Source: an uncultured Bacilli bacterium (GTDB taxonomy: Bacteria > Bacillota_I > Bacilli_A > RF39 > UBA660). From it: a DNA stretch of 64,000 nucleotides. The notes under the pieces were generated by a model that saw only the letters and a list, made by a program, of their open reading frames with translations, made no database searches and was not told the DNA's origin. Shown here piece by piece: positions 20,733 through 29,816 of the stretch. Location of the stretch: positions 195,133-259,132 of the forward strand of contig CAJUTK010000002.1 of NCBI GenBank assembly GCA_910589375.1, read 5' to 3'. A program made the position numbers and the translations under genes. Within the stretch, counting starts at the first letter, position 1. Every line of letters begins with the position of its first letter.

Positions 20733-21656
20733 ATGAAAGTATTTTTAATATCCGATATTTCAGATATTGATGGATTAACTCCTGTTATTTTATCGAGATT
20801 AACATTTTCTGATTTTGACTACCATTTACTTCATGTGACTCAATTAGATGAGTATTTAAAAGAAAAGATAGAAGAAAACTTTTTTGATTCTTATGATAGA
20901 ATCTTTATTACAGATTTATGTATGAGTGAAGGAATGGCTAAGATGATTGACGAGTTACCCTTAAGAGAGAAGATACAAGTTCTAGATCATCATTACCGAA
21001 ATTTACCTCTTAATTCTTATCCTTTTATTAAAGTAGTAGATGAAAAAAATGGAATTCATGAATCTGGAACTAGTCTTTACTATGAATATTTATTAGAACA
21101 TCATCTAAATAATATTATTAAAAAGGATAACGTTTCTTACTTAGTATCGTTAGTTCGTTTAAATGATACTTGGGAATGGAAAAAGTTTGGGGTAGAAGAA
21201 GCTCGTTACTTACCAATTTTACTTAGTTATTATGGAATTGACTATTATATTGACAACTATGTTAAATTTTTAGCAGAAAATAAAGAATTCTATTTTACAG
21301 ATGCGGAAAAAATATTAATTGATGTAGAGCAAAAACGAATGAAAGATTATATTGAAGAACAAAAAGAAAGAGTAATTTTTAAAGAAATAAAAGGTTATAA
21401 AGTAGGGATTGTTTTTGCAGAACTTTATCGTAGTGACTTAGGAAATGCTTTAGCAGAATTCTATCAGGATAAAGTAGATTTTATTATTGTCATCAACATC
21501 AATAGAAGTATTAGTTATAGAGGAATAAAAGAGAATATTAGTGTAGCAGAATTTGCCAGTATGTATGGTGGCAATGGACATAAATTAGCTGCTGGTTCTC
21601 CATTACCTATCAATTTGCGAGAACAAATTGTCAATCTTATTTTTAGTGAAGAATAG
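20733..21656 (+). CDS. DHH/DHHA1 family phosphoesterase (NrnA-like nanoRNase/pAp phosphatase)
   Basis: DxD (DISDIDG). DHH (LDHHYRN). GGH-type motif (GGNGHKLAAGS) near the C-terminus. Confidence 0.6.
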   Translation: MKVFLISDISDIDGLTPVILSRLTFSDFDYHLLHVTQLDEYLKEKIEENFFDSYDRIFITDLCMSEGMAKMIDELPLREKIQVLDHHYRNLPLNSYPFIKVVDEKNGIHESGTSLYYEYLLEHHLNNIIKKDNVSYLVSLVRLNDTWEWKKFGVEEARYLPILLSYYGIDYYIDNYVKFLAENKEFYFTDAEKILIDVEQKRMKDYIEEQKERVIFKEIKGYKVGIVFAELYRSDLGNALAEFYQDKVDFIIVININRSISYRGIKENISVAEFASMYGGNGHKLAAGSPLPINLREQIVNLIFSEE

Positions 21657-21670
21657 AAAGCTGTGATAAT

Positions 21671-22195
21671 ATGGTTTTAGATATCGTAAAGGTTGGATAT
21701 TTGAGGACAAATTGTTATCTATTAAAAAAAGAGGGCAAGGTACTTGTTGTTGATCCAGGAGACGAATATTTAAAAATACAAAATAAAATAGGAGATAATG
21801 AAGAAATTATAGGTGTGATTATTACTCATAATCATCCAGATCATGTGGGTGCTTTAGAATATTTTGAAGGGGATATAATCTATGATTATTTTAATTTAGA
21901 AGAAGGAATTCATACAATAGGGCCTTTTACTTTCGAAATATTACATACACCTGGTCATAAGAGCGATTCTATTAGTATTTATTTTAAAGAGGATAAAATG
22001 ATGTTTACTGGAGATTTCTTATTTAGAAATACAATTGGTAGAACAGATTTTCCAACTGGTAGTATGCAAGATATGAAAGAGTCACTTAAAAAAGTAAAAG
22101 TATATGATAAGGATATTACGGTTTATCCTGGGCATGGTATGCCTACCAATTTGGGATATGAAATAGAGAATAATTCTTATTTTAATGAGGTTTAA
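21671..22195 (+). CDS. metallo-beta-lactamase fold hydrolase
   Basis: HxHxDH motif (THNHPDHVGA) and downstream His/Asp ligands (HTPGH, GD). Confidence 0.7.
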   Translation: MVLDIVKVGYLRTNCYLLKKEGKVLVVDPGDEYLKIQNKIGDNEEIIGVIITHNHPDHVGALEYFEGDIIYDYFNLEEGIHTIGPFTFEILHTPGHKSDSISIYFKEDKMMFTGDFLFRNTIGRTDFPTGSMQDMKESLKKVKVYDKDITVYPGHGMPTNLGYEIENNSYFNEV

Positions 22196-22196
22196 T

Positions 22197-23180
22197 ATGA
22201 AAGCATCTAATAGGATAAAAAATCTCATTCTTACAAAATCTCTTTTTAAAGTATCAGAGAAATCAGTACTTATGAATTGGAATAGTATTGGTGAATTAAG
22301 AATGAGGTGCAAGAGATATTCAGAGAGAAATTCTACTTTAGAGGAGATTCTTTTTGAATTGAATAAAAGGGGTGTTAAAACTTATGGAAGTTGTAAAGGA
22401 CATATGGGATCTAAGGGGTATATTGCCTTTATGGTTCCACCAGAACAAGAAGACTTTGTTAATCAACTATGTACAAGAGTATTGAGAAGTTGTCTTGCTA
22501 GTGTTGATATTCATGAGTGTAGATCAACATTTAAGGGAATTTCTGTTGGTATTTATTTTAATGCGATAGTTAGAAACGAAGTATTACCACTTCTATTAAA
22601 TTGTATAAAAAATCCTAACCATAATAAGAGTGGGTATATGCAAGAAATTTTTAAACTTTGCCATATTCAAGAAGAAATTCATGATGATCTTACTTATGGA
22701 GTTCATATGTATCCGAAAAAAGAGGGAATCTTGTTGTCTCCTAATAATAAGTTTCTCTGTTATTCTTTAGAAAGACGAATTTCTTTAGAACAGTTATTTC
22801 GAGTATGTATGCATATGGATAATTTTTCTGAAATAATAAAAGGAACACTTTTGGATGAAGAACGGATGAAAGATTTATTGCATGAGTTAAATAGAAAACT
22901 TTTAGGGGAGATAGAGAATTCTTCCGTAAAACCATTAGATTATTATGCAGGTTTTACAGAACAAGAAATTGTAGAATTGATGGGAGAAATCGGCTTTTAT
23001 CCAGGTTATCTACCAGATTTAATATCCCGTAATCAAGCAGGTAGTATTAGAGAAGAAGAGAAAAAACTTCTTAATAAGTTTCATACAGAACCTGGTCTTT
23101 ATGTATTAGCGTTAAAGTTAGAAGAATCCTTATCTGTAAAGAGGAAAAAATCTTTACAAGAAAAAAAATACATGCTATAA
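22197..23180 (+). CDS. hypothetical protein
   Basis: 328 aa ORF with a GAGG RBS. No recognised motif. Confidence 0.45.
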   Translation: MKASNRIKNLILTKSLFKVSEKSVLMNWNSIGELRMRCKRYSERNSTLEEILFELNKRGVKTYGSCKGHMGSKGYIAFMVPPEQEDFVNQLCTRVLRSCLASVDIHECRSTFKGISVGIYFNAIVRNEVLPLLLNCIKNPNHNKSGYMQEIFKLCHIQEEIHDDLTYGVHMYPKKEGILLSPNNKFLCYSLERRISLEQLFRVCMHMDNFSEIIKGTLLDEERMKDLLHELNRKLLGEIENSSVKPLDYYAGFTEQEIVELMGEIGFYPGYLPDLISRNQAGSIREEEKKLLNKFHTEPGLYVLALKLEESLSVKRKKSLQEKKYML

Positions 23181-23199
23181 TAAATTTGTTTTTGAAAAA

Positions 23200-23410
23200 A
23201 AGCGATGATGAAAGAGTAGTAATAAACGGGCGGATTAAAGAGAGTTCATGGGTGGTGTGAATGAACATGAAGTGTTTATGAATTCACTTTCTAGCATTAT
23301 AAAAGAAAATTTATAACGGTGACGCGTTATAGTCTTAGAGATTCAAATTATGAATAAATTAAGGTGGTACCACGGCTTTTCGTCCTTATCTGGTATCGCT
23401 TTTTTTATGG
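23200..23410 (+). promoter_or_regulatory. T-box leader (probably Phe-specific) with terminator
   Basis: Conserved T-box sequence AATTAAGGTGGTACCACGG at 23357-23375. GGUACCA/UGGUAUC terminator stem with T-run at 23364-23408. AGAGA (GA-motif) near 23238. Possible UUC specifier in GAATTCACTTTCTAGC. Confidence 0.65.
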
Positions 23411-23431
23411 AAAAGAGGAAATTAAAATTTT

Positions 23432-23803
23432 ATGACAATAATTGAAAATGTGGAGTTATTGAGGACAATTTTTACTAGTCCAAAAGTAGTTCCAAAACTT
23501 TCTAGATTAAAACTTTTTTCAATTACTAAGCATTATGGTATGAATCATCTTTATATTGGAAATAGAATTAACCATGCGGTTGATTTTCCAATAATGGATG
23601 AGGAAGAAAGTAAAGAGCCAAGTGGGAGAACACTTTTCTTTCATGACATAGGGGATTCCCATTACTATGATGTTTTAAATGATAATACAAGATGTGTTAG
23701 ACAGAAAAATGGATTTACTGTTGCTAATCATGTTTGTACAGATATTGAGAATTTGAGAGACTGCTTAAAGCCAAAAGTAAAAAAGATAGGAGGAAGAAAA
23801 TGA
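23432..23803 (+). CDS. hypothetical protein, first gene of the T-box-controlled pheST operon
   Basis: 123 aa. AAGAGGAAA RBS. Stop overlaps the pheS start (ATGA). Confidence 0.5.
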   Translation: MTIIENVELLRTIFTSPKVVPKLSRLKLFSITKHYGMNHLYIGNRINHAVDFPIMDEEESKEPSGRTLFFHDIGDSHYYDVLNDNTRCVRQKNGFTVANHVCTDIENLRDCLKPKVKKIGGRK

Positions 23804-24840
23804 AAGATTTAGAGAAAATGATAAAAGAATTAGAAGAAAAAATCCAAAATGTTAAGGATAATAATGAATTAAATGCTATTCGTGTAGAATATTTAGGAAA
23901 AAAGGGAAGTATTAGTTTGCTTTCTTCTAAGATTGCAGAACTTCCAGTAGAGGAGAAAAAGACATTTGGAGCAGAGCTTAATAAGGCAAAAAATCGTGCT
24001 ACTGAGTTAATTGATGCTAAGAAAAAAGAAATTGACGATAAAATTTTAAATGAGAAATTAGCAAGTGAGAATATTGATGTTACACTACCTGCAATGTCTA
24101 TTCCAGTAGGTGCCCCAAATATTCTAGAAAATATTATTGAAGAGGCAGAAGAAGTATTCATGTCTATGGGATATGATGTAGTAGATGGACCAGAAATAGA
24201 AGAAGATCGTTATAACTTTGAATTATTAAATATTCCAAAGGGGCATCCAGCTCGTGATGCTCAAGATACTTTCTATATAGAGGATGAAACAATCTTACTT
24301 AGAAGTCAAACTTCTCCAGTACAAGCTAGAACAATGTTAGCAGCTGGCGGTGATAAACCAATTCGTATGATTTGTCCAGGTAAAACTTATAGAAGAGATG
24401 CAGATGATGCGACTCATTCTCATCAGTTCATGCAAATAGAAGGATTATTAGTGGATAAGAATATCAGTTTATCTGATTTAAAAGGAACATTTGATGTAAT
24501 TGCTAAAAAATTATTTGGAGAAAACTGCGAAACTCGGTTTCGTCCAAGTTATTATCAATTCACAGAGCCTTCTGTAGAAACTGATATTAGTTGCTTTGTA
24601 TGCAAAGGAAAAGGTTGCTCATTATGTAAAAATACAGGTTGGATTACGGTAAGTGGAGCAGGAATGGTACATCCAAATGTGCTTAAAAATTGTGGATATG
24701 ATCCAGAAGTATGGTCTGGTTTTGCATTTGGTTTTGGTGCTGAGAGGTTGGCTATGTTAAAGTATGGTATCAATGATATTCGTACATTTTATCAAACAGA
24801 TTTAAGGGAATCTAAGACTTTTGATAGAAGGGATGTGTAA
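23800..24840 (+). CDS. pheS: phenylalanyl-tRNA synthetase alpha subunit
   Basis: Class II motifs (FRPSYYQFTEPS, GFAFGFGAERLAML). 346 aa. Confidence 0.95.
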   Translation: MKDLEKMIKELEEKIQNVKDNNELNAIRVEYLGKKGSISLLSSKIAELPVEEKKTFGAELNKAKNRATELIDAKKKEIDDKILNEKLASENIDVTLPAMSIPVGAPNILENIIEEAEEVFMSMGYDVVDGPEIEEDRYNFELLNIPKGHPARDAQDTFYIEDETILLRSQTSPVQARTMLAAGGDKPIRMICPGKTYRRDADDATHSHQFMQIEGLLVDKNISLSDLKGTFDVIAKKLFGENCETRFRPSYYQFTEPSVETDISCFVCKGKGCSLCKNTGWITVSGAGMVHPNVLKNCGYDPEVWSGFAFGFGAERLAMLKYGINDIRTFYQTDLRESKTFDRRDV

Positions 24841-24842
24841 GG

Positions 24843-27218
24843 ATGATTAGTTTAAATTGGGTAAAAGACTATGTAGATATAGAAAATGAAGATTTACATG
24901 AACTTGCTGTTAAAGTTACGAAAGCAGGAGTTAATGTAGAACAAGTTGTTTCTAAACATATTGATAACTTAGTAATTGGTTATGTAAAAACATGTATAAT
25001 GCATCCTGATAGTGATCATTTGCACATTTGCCAAGTAGATGTTGGTTCTACTACTACGCAAATTGTCTGTGGAGCCCCTAATGTAAGAGAAGGAATTAAA
25101 GTAATAGTTGCTCTTCCAGGTTGTGTGTTACCAGGTAATTTTGAAATTAAAGCAGGAAAAATTAGAGGACAAGAATCAAATGGTATGATTTGTGCTTTAT
25201 TTGAATTAGGGGTAGAAGAGAAGACAGAAGAAAACTATAATAAAGGAATTGAAGAAGTTCATTCTGATTTAAATCCAGGTGAGGATGCTAATATTTATTT
25301 AGGAACAGATGATACATTATACGAATTAGATGTTCATAAACATCGTAATAATGACTGTTATTATCATATTGGTTTTGCTTATGAAATTGCTTGTATTTTA
25401 AATAAACCAGTAAGGTTGCCAGAAGCTACTTATAAAGAAATAAAGGAAAATGTAAAAGATAATATTACTCTTTCTGTAGATACAGATAAATGTCCTTATT
25501 ATACAGCTAAGATGGTTCGTGATGTAGTGATTAAAGAATCTCCAGAATTTATCAAGAAAAGATTAATTTCTGCTGGTATGAGACCAATTAACAATGTTGT
25601 TGATATTTCAAACTATGTAATGCTTGAATATGGACAACCTCTTCATTTCTTTGATAAGAATAAATTAGGAGATAAAATTTTAGTAAGAGATGCAAAAGAA
25701 AATGAAGAAATCATTACACTTGATGGACAAAAAAGAATTTTAAAAAGTAGTGATACCGTTATTACCGATGGTAAGAAACCAGTATGTATCGCAGGTGTCA
25801 TGGGTGGAGAAAATACTGATGTTGATGAGTCTACAAAAGATATTTTAATTGAAAGTGCTATTTTTGATGCTGTAAGTATTCGTTATACAGCTTCTAGATT
25901 GAATCTAAAAAGTGAAGCTTCTATTCGTTATGGAAAAGGATTAAACTATGAATATACTGACGCTGCTATTAATCGCGCTTGCTATCTCCTTGAAAAATAT
26001 GCAGATGCAAAAGTATTAAGTGGTACTGTAAAACATGATAAAGTAGATAAGAAAGAAAAAGTAGTAACGTTTAAGACTTCAGCTATTAATACATTACTTG
26101 GAATTACACTTACAGACGAAGATGTTAAAACAGAATTAAAAAGATTAGACTTTCCATTTGAAAACAAGAAGGATACATTTACAGTAACGATTCCAAGAAG
26201 AAGACTCGATATTGATCCTAATATCAATGATATCGCGGAAGAAATTGGTAGATTATATGGATACCATAATTTAGTATCTACATTACCTAGTGTTCCAACA
26301 AGGCGTGGTGTCTATGTAGGGGATGTATTAATTCGTAAACAAATTTCTAAACGTTTAAGAATGCTTGGTTTAAATGAAACAAAAAATTATACATTAGTAA
26401 GCCCAGAAATGGCTTCTAAATTTAGATATGATGAAGAAGAGGCAGTAGTATTACCAAATCCAATGAGTGTAGATAAATCTGTTGTTAGAACTAGTTTACT
26501 ACCATCTTTAATCAATGTTTATGAGTATAATAAAGCAAGAAGAGTGGAGGATATCTTCCTTTATGAAATTGCAAAAAATTATGAGAAAGATTACAAAGAA
26601 GAAAGTAAAGTTGCTATTTTAATGGAAGGAAATTATCTTCTTAATAATTGGCAAGGCTTAAAAGTAAAATGTGACTTTTATACGATTAAAGGAATTATAG
26701 AAAATTTATTAGATTATTTAGGATTTAAAAATCGTTATACATTTGAAAAAGCTACTTTACCAGAAATGCATCCAGGAATGAGTGCTATTATTAAACTAGA
26801 TAGAGAAATGGTTGGTATTATAGGACGAGTTCATCCAAACTATAAGAAAGATGAAATCTATGTAGCAGAACTTTCTATGACAAAATTGTATGAGAAGCAA
26901 GTAAAACCAATTAAATTTAAAGAGGCTTCAAAATATCCAGAAATTAAAAAGGATTTAGCATTCGCTGTTAAAAAGGATTTAGAAGCAGAGGAACTAATTA
27001 ACCAAATTAGAAAATCTGGCGGAAGACTTCTTACAGAGATTTCTATTTTTGACCTTTATGTTGGAGAAAATGTTGGAAGCGATGAGAAATCTATAGCATT
27101 CGCACTTACTTTCTCAGATCCTACTAGAACGCTTAGTGATGAGGAAGTAACTGAAGTTTTCGATAAGATTATTAGAGAAGTGGAGAATAAGTTTGATGCA
27201 AAATTGAGGAATAAGTAA
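24843..27218 (+). CDS. pheT: phenylalanyl-tRNA synthetase beta subunit
   Basis: 791 aa. tRNA-binding N-domain, B3/B4, B5 and FDX C-terminal domain architecture. Immediately follows pheS. Confidence 0.95.
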   Translation: MISLNWVKDYVDIENEDLHELAVKVTKAGVNVEQVVSKHIDNLVIGYVKTCIMHPDSDHLHICQVDVGSTTTQIVCGAPNVREGIKVIVALPGCVLPGNFEIKAGKIRGQESNGMICALFELGVEEKTEENYNKGIEEVHSDLNPGEDANIYLGTDDTLYELDVHKHRNNDCYYHIGFAYEIACILNKPVRLPEATYKEIKENVKDNITLSVDTDKCPYYTAKMVRDVVIKESPEFIKKRLISAGMRPINNVVDISNYVMLEYGQPLHFFDKNKLGDKILVRDAKENEEIITLDGQKRILKSSDTVITDGKKPVCIAGVMGGENTDVDESTKDILIESAIFDAVSIRYTASRLNLKSEASIRYGKGLNYEYTDAAINRACYLLEKYADAKVLSGTVKHDKVDKKEKVVTFKTSAINTLLGITLTDEDVKTELKRLDFPFENKKDTFTVTIPRRRLDIDPNINDIAEEIGRLYGYHNLVSTLPSVPTRRGVYVGDVLIRKQISKRLRMLGLNETKNYTLVSPEMASKFRYDEEEAVVLPNPMSVDKSVVRTSLLPSLINVYEYNKARRVEDIFLYEIAKNYEKDYKEESKVAILMEGNYLLNNWQGLKVKCDFYTIKGIIENLLDYLGFKNRYTFEKATLPEMHPGMSAIIKLDREMVGIIGRVHPNYKKDEIYVAELSMTKLYEKQVKPIKFKEASKYPEIKKDLAFAVKKDLEAEELINQIRKSGGRLLTEISIFDLYVGENVGSDEKSIAFALTFSDPTRTLSDEEVTEVFDKIIREVENKFDAKLRNK

Positions 27219-27283
27219 TTATTCCTTTTTTATTGAAAAAATGGTCTCTTTTTGATATACTTATTTATATACTAGGAGGAATT

Positions 27284-27721
27284 ATGAAAAAGAATGGTTT
27301 TACATTAGTAGAATTATTAGCTGTTATTGTTATTTTGGCACTTCTTGCAATCGTTTCTACTCCAATTGTTATGAACATTTTAGAAAATTCTAAGAAAAGT
27401 TCATTTGCAAGCAGTATTAATGGTATTAAAAAAGCAATAGAGAATGATTTTGGGGTAAGAGACTTTGATGCTGGTAATCGTTATGAATATGTTAATGGTG
27501 TTTTATATTTTATTGATAAGGATGGAGAAAAAACAGTAGTGCCTATGTCTGGTGGCATTTCTACTGGAAATGGAATTGGTAGTGTAGATTCTAATGGAAA
27601 TGTTATTATTAGAATTTATACAAACTCTTATTGTGGAACAACAGGTGTTGCTGATAAAGTCGGTGTGACAGTTTCTAAGTGTGAGAGTGTAGAAAGTTGC
27701 AAAGCAACTTGTGGAATATAG
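27284..27721 (+). CDS. type IV pilin-like / competence pseudopilin-like protein (class III signal peptide)
   Basis: KKNGFTLVELLAVIVILALLAIV prepilin N-terminus (G^FTLVE cleavage/methylation motif). Four C-terminal Cys. GGAGGA RBS. Confidence 0.7.
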   Translation: MKKNGFTLVELLAVIVILALLAIVSTPIVMNILENSKKSSFASSINGIKKAIENDFGVRDFDAGNRYEYVNGVLYFIDKDGEKTVVPMSGGISTGNGIGSVDSNGNVIIRIYTNSYCGTTGVADKVGVTVSKCESVESCKATCGI

Positions 27722-27776
27722 TAAGATAAATGAGGACACAATCCTTTTTTCTTTGATATAAATAGAGGAGGAGTAT

Positions 27777-28859
27777 ATGGGAAATGATATTATATCAGCT
27801 TTTTTAGAGAGAAAAAGAAAAACTACTATTCGCTCTTCTTTATTATTTGTAAAGTATTTAGTAGATGATAAAGCAAAATTGAATAAGACAATTGAAAAGA
27901 TAGTATCTATTTATTATCGCGATTTTTATTTACAAAAAGAAGTAGATTTTCAAGAATTAGAAAATTATTTTTCTATAGAAAACAAAGATGAAATTATAAA
28001 AGCTAGTTTGTTGTCTGCTATTCATTTTTATAAGGAAAGCGGAATAGAAAATAAAATACAGTCAGATATTCGTACGATTGTATTAATTTCTAATGCTCTT
28101 TTTCTATCACTTGTTTTAGGTAAAGCAATTGATAGAAACTATGAAAAAGATTCTACTACTTGGTTAGAGAGTTTTTTGCAAAAATACCAAGGAAAAATGA
28201 GAATGATTGCATCTGATAAAGTATTGGAATTTGAAAAAGAATTATCTAATTTTGTGAAAAAAGAAGAAGTATTATATCGTAAGTTTTTTAAATTGCTAGA
28301 AGATAGTCAGTATAGTGTGGAGTTAGAACCTCTTCTAGACTATGGTAACGGGTACTTAGTAAAAGGAAATTATGAAATTAAGATGTTATCTCGTTATTCT
28401 ATAAAAGAAGTAGAACAAGTTTTTCAGAGGAAAGAATTTTATTTAGAACAATTTCTAATTACGTTAGAGGAACTTTCTATTCATTTTTTGAAACAATTAT
28501 TAGCTGGTAAAGAGCTTCCTAAATATTTTATTTCCATCCCAGTTTCTATTATAGAAAAAGAAAAATATCGTGTTTTATTAGAAACAATTACTGCTAATAT
28601 GTTATTTAGAAAGTCTATTGTACTTGTCTTTCAATATAAAGAATTCACCCATCAGATAAAGAATATTAAAGCTTTGGTACAAAAAGGTTTCTTTATGGGG
28701 GTTAAAGATGTCCGAGAAATAGAGATGAAACCTAATAGTTTTGATTATGTGGATTATGTGTTTACTTCTCCTAAGTTTTTAGAAACCCATAGTAAAAATT
28801 ATTCACTATGGGAAGATAAAGATATACGTTTTATTCTTTGGGAGGGGGATTTGTCATGA
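27777..28859 (+). CDS. hypothetical protein
   Basis: 360 aa. Strong RBS GAGGAGGAG. No confident domain assignment. Confidence 0.5.
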   Translation: MGNDIISAFLERKRKTTIRSSLLFVKYLVDDKAKLNKTIEKIVSIYYRDFYLQKEVDFQELENYFSIENKDEIIKASLLSAIHFYKESGIENKIQSDIRTIVLISNALFLSLVLGKAIDRNYEKDSTTWLESFLQKYQGKMRMIASDKVLEFEKELSNFVKKEEVLYRKFFKLLEDSQYSVELEPLLDYGNGYLVKGNYEIKMLSRYSIKEVEQVFQRKEFYLEQFLITLEELSIHFLKQLLAGKELPKYFISIPVSIIEKEKYRVLLETITANMLFRKSIVLVFQYKEFTHQIKNIKALVQKGFFMGVKDVREIEMKPNSFDYVDYVFTSPKFLETHSKNYSLWEDKDIRFILWEGDLS

Positions 28860-29806
28860 ACAAGGAATGGTTAGATTGTTTAATGAAAATGCCTATTCTT
28901 GATTATGAAGAATTTAAGGAAAAAAGTAGTTTAGAAACAACGATGAATGTTTCTTCTAAATTTGAAACAGTAGATTATTCGTGGCTCAATGTAGTGGAAA
29001 AATATCTTCCGTTTTTAAAAAATACAATAGATTTTTCAACACCTCTTTTAGTTGATTTAGAGGAATCTAAAAAAAATTATGAAAATCGTTTTCTATATAC
29101 ACTTTTTAAGCGATTAGAAGAGTTTTTAAAGAAACAATATGAGAGCATATTAAATCAAGAAAATTCATCTGATAGTAGTAGTTTAAGAGTAAGTGGAAAA
29201 ACTTCTTTAAATAGCGAAGAAGTAATGTTAGATTTTAATTTGACAGTAACAAAAAAAGAATTAGACAAAAAGAAAAATACAACGTTGCAAGCGAAACAAA
29301 GATTAGAACAAATTTTTGACTTTTTAGAACCATTAAAAAATGGAAAGTTTATGAATATGCTAGAAGGAATTACTGTAGTTCGTTCTCCTATTAGAAGAAC
29401 AGGCCTTTTGGTTACTCATGAAAACTACAAAAAATTATTAGAACTCTTTGAATTTTTGGATAGCTATGCAATGCTTGAAAAAGCTTTGAATGTGAAAGAG
29501 AAAAAGAAAAATTATGATTTTTTTACAATCCCTTATTTTATGAGTTATCAATTATTTTCAGAGTCGAATTCTTTTGCGCCTAAAGACGAGGAATTTTTAA
29601 AGAAATATTTAGAGGGAATCGTAAGACAATTTGTGGAAGAAAGTACTGTTGATGAAAAATCTTTTAAAAAAATGCTAAATAAGCTTTTTGAAGAAGAATA
29701 TGCAAAGAAAAAAACGAGAGAAAAAAATATTCAACAGATTTTTATGAAGAGCTTTGATACACATCAAAAGCAAGTAAAGGATGCTATCCGTTCCTTAAAG
29801 GGGTAG
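28856..29806 (+). CDS. hypothetical protein, translationally coupled (ATGA) to the upstream gene
   Basis: GGAGGGGG RBS. 316 aa. Lysine/glutamate-rich. Confidence 0.5.
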   Translation: MNKEWLDCLMKMPILDYEEFKEKSSLETTMNVSSKFETVDYSWLNVVEKYLPFLKNTIDFSTPLLVDLEESKKNYENRFLYTLFKRLEEFLKKQYESILNQENSSDSSSLRVSGKTSLNSEEVMLDFNLTVTKKELDKKKNTTLQAKQRLEQIFDFLEPLKNGKFMNMLEGITVVRSPIRRTGLLVTHENYKKLLELFEFLDSYAMLEKALNVKEKKKNYDFFTIPYFMSYQLFSESNSFAPKDEEFLKKYLEGIVRQFVEESTVDEKSFKKMLNKLFEEEYAKKKTREKNIQQIFMKSFDTHQKQVKDAIRSLKG

Positions 29807-29816
29807 TGTTCTTTTT

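Noticed and set aside
27777-28859. Possible degenerate EAL (c-di-GMP phosphodiesterase) domain in the 360 aa unknown protein
   Set aside because: Only vague resemblance (GFFMGVKDV, VDYVF), without the catalytic ExxE and DDFGTG motifs. Too weak to call from sequence alone.
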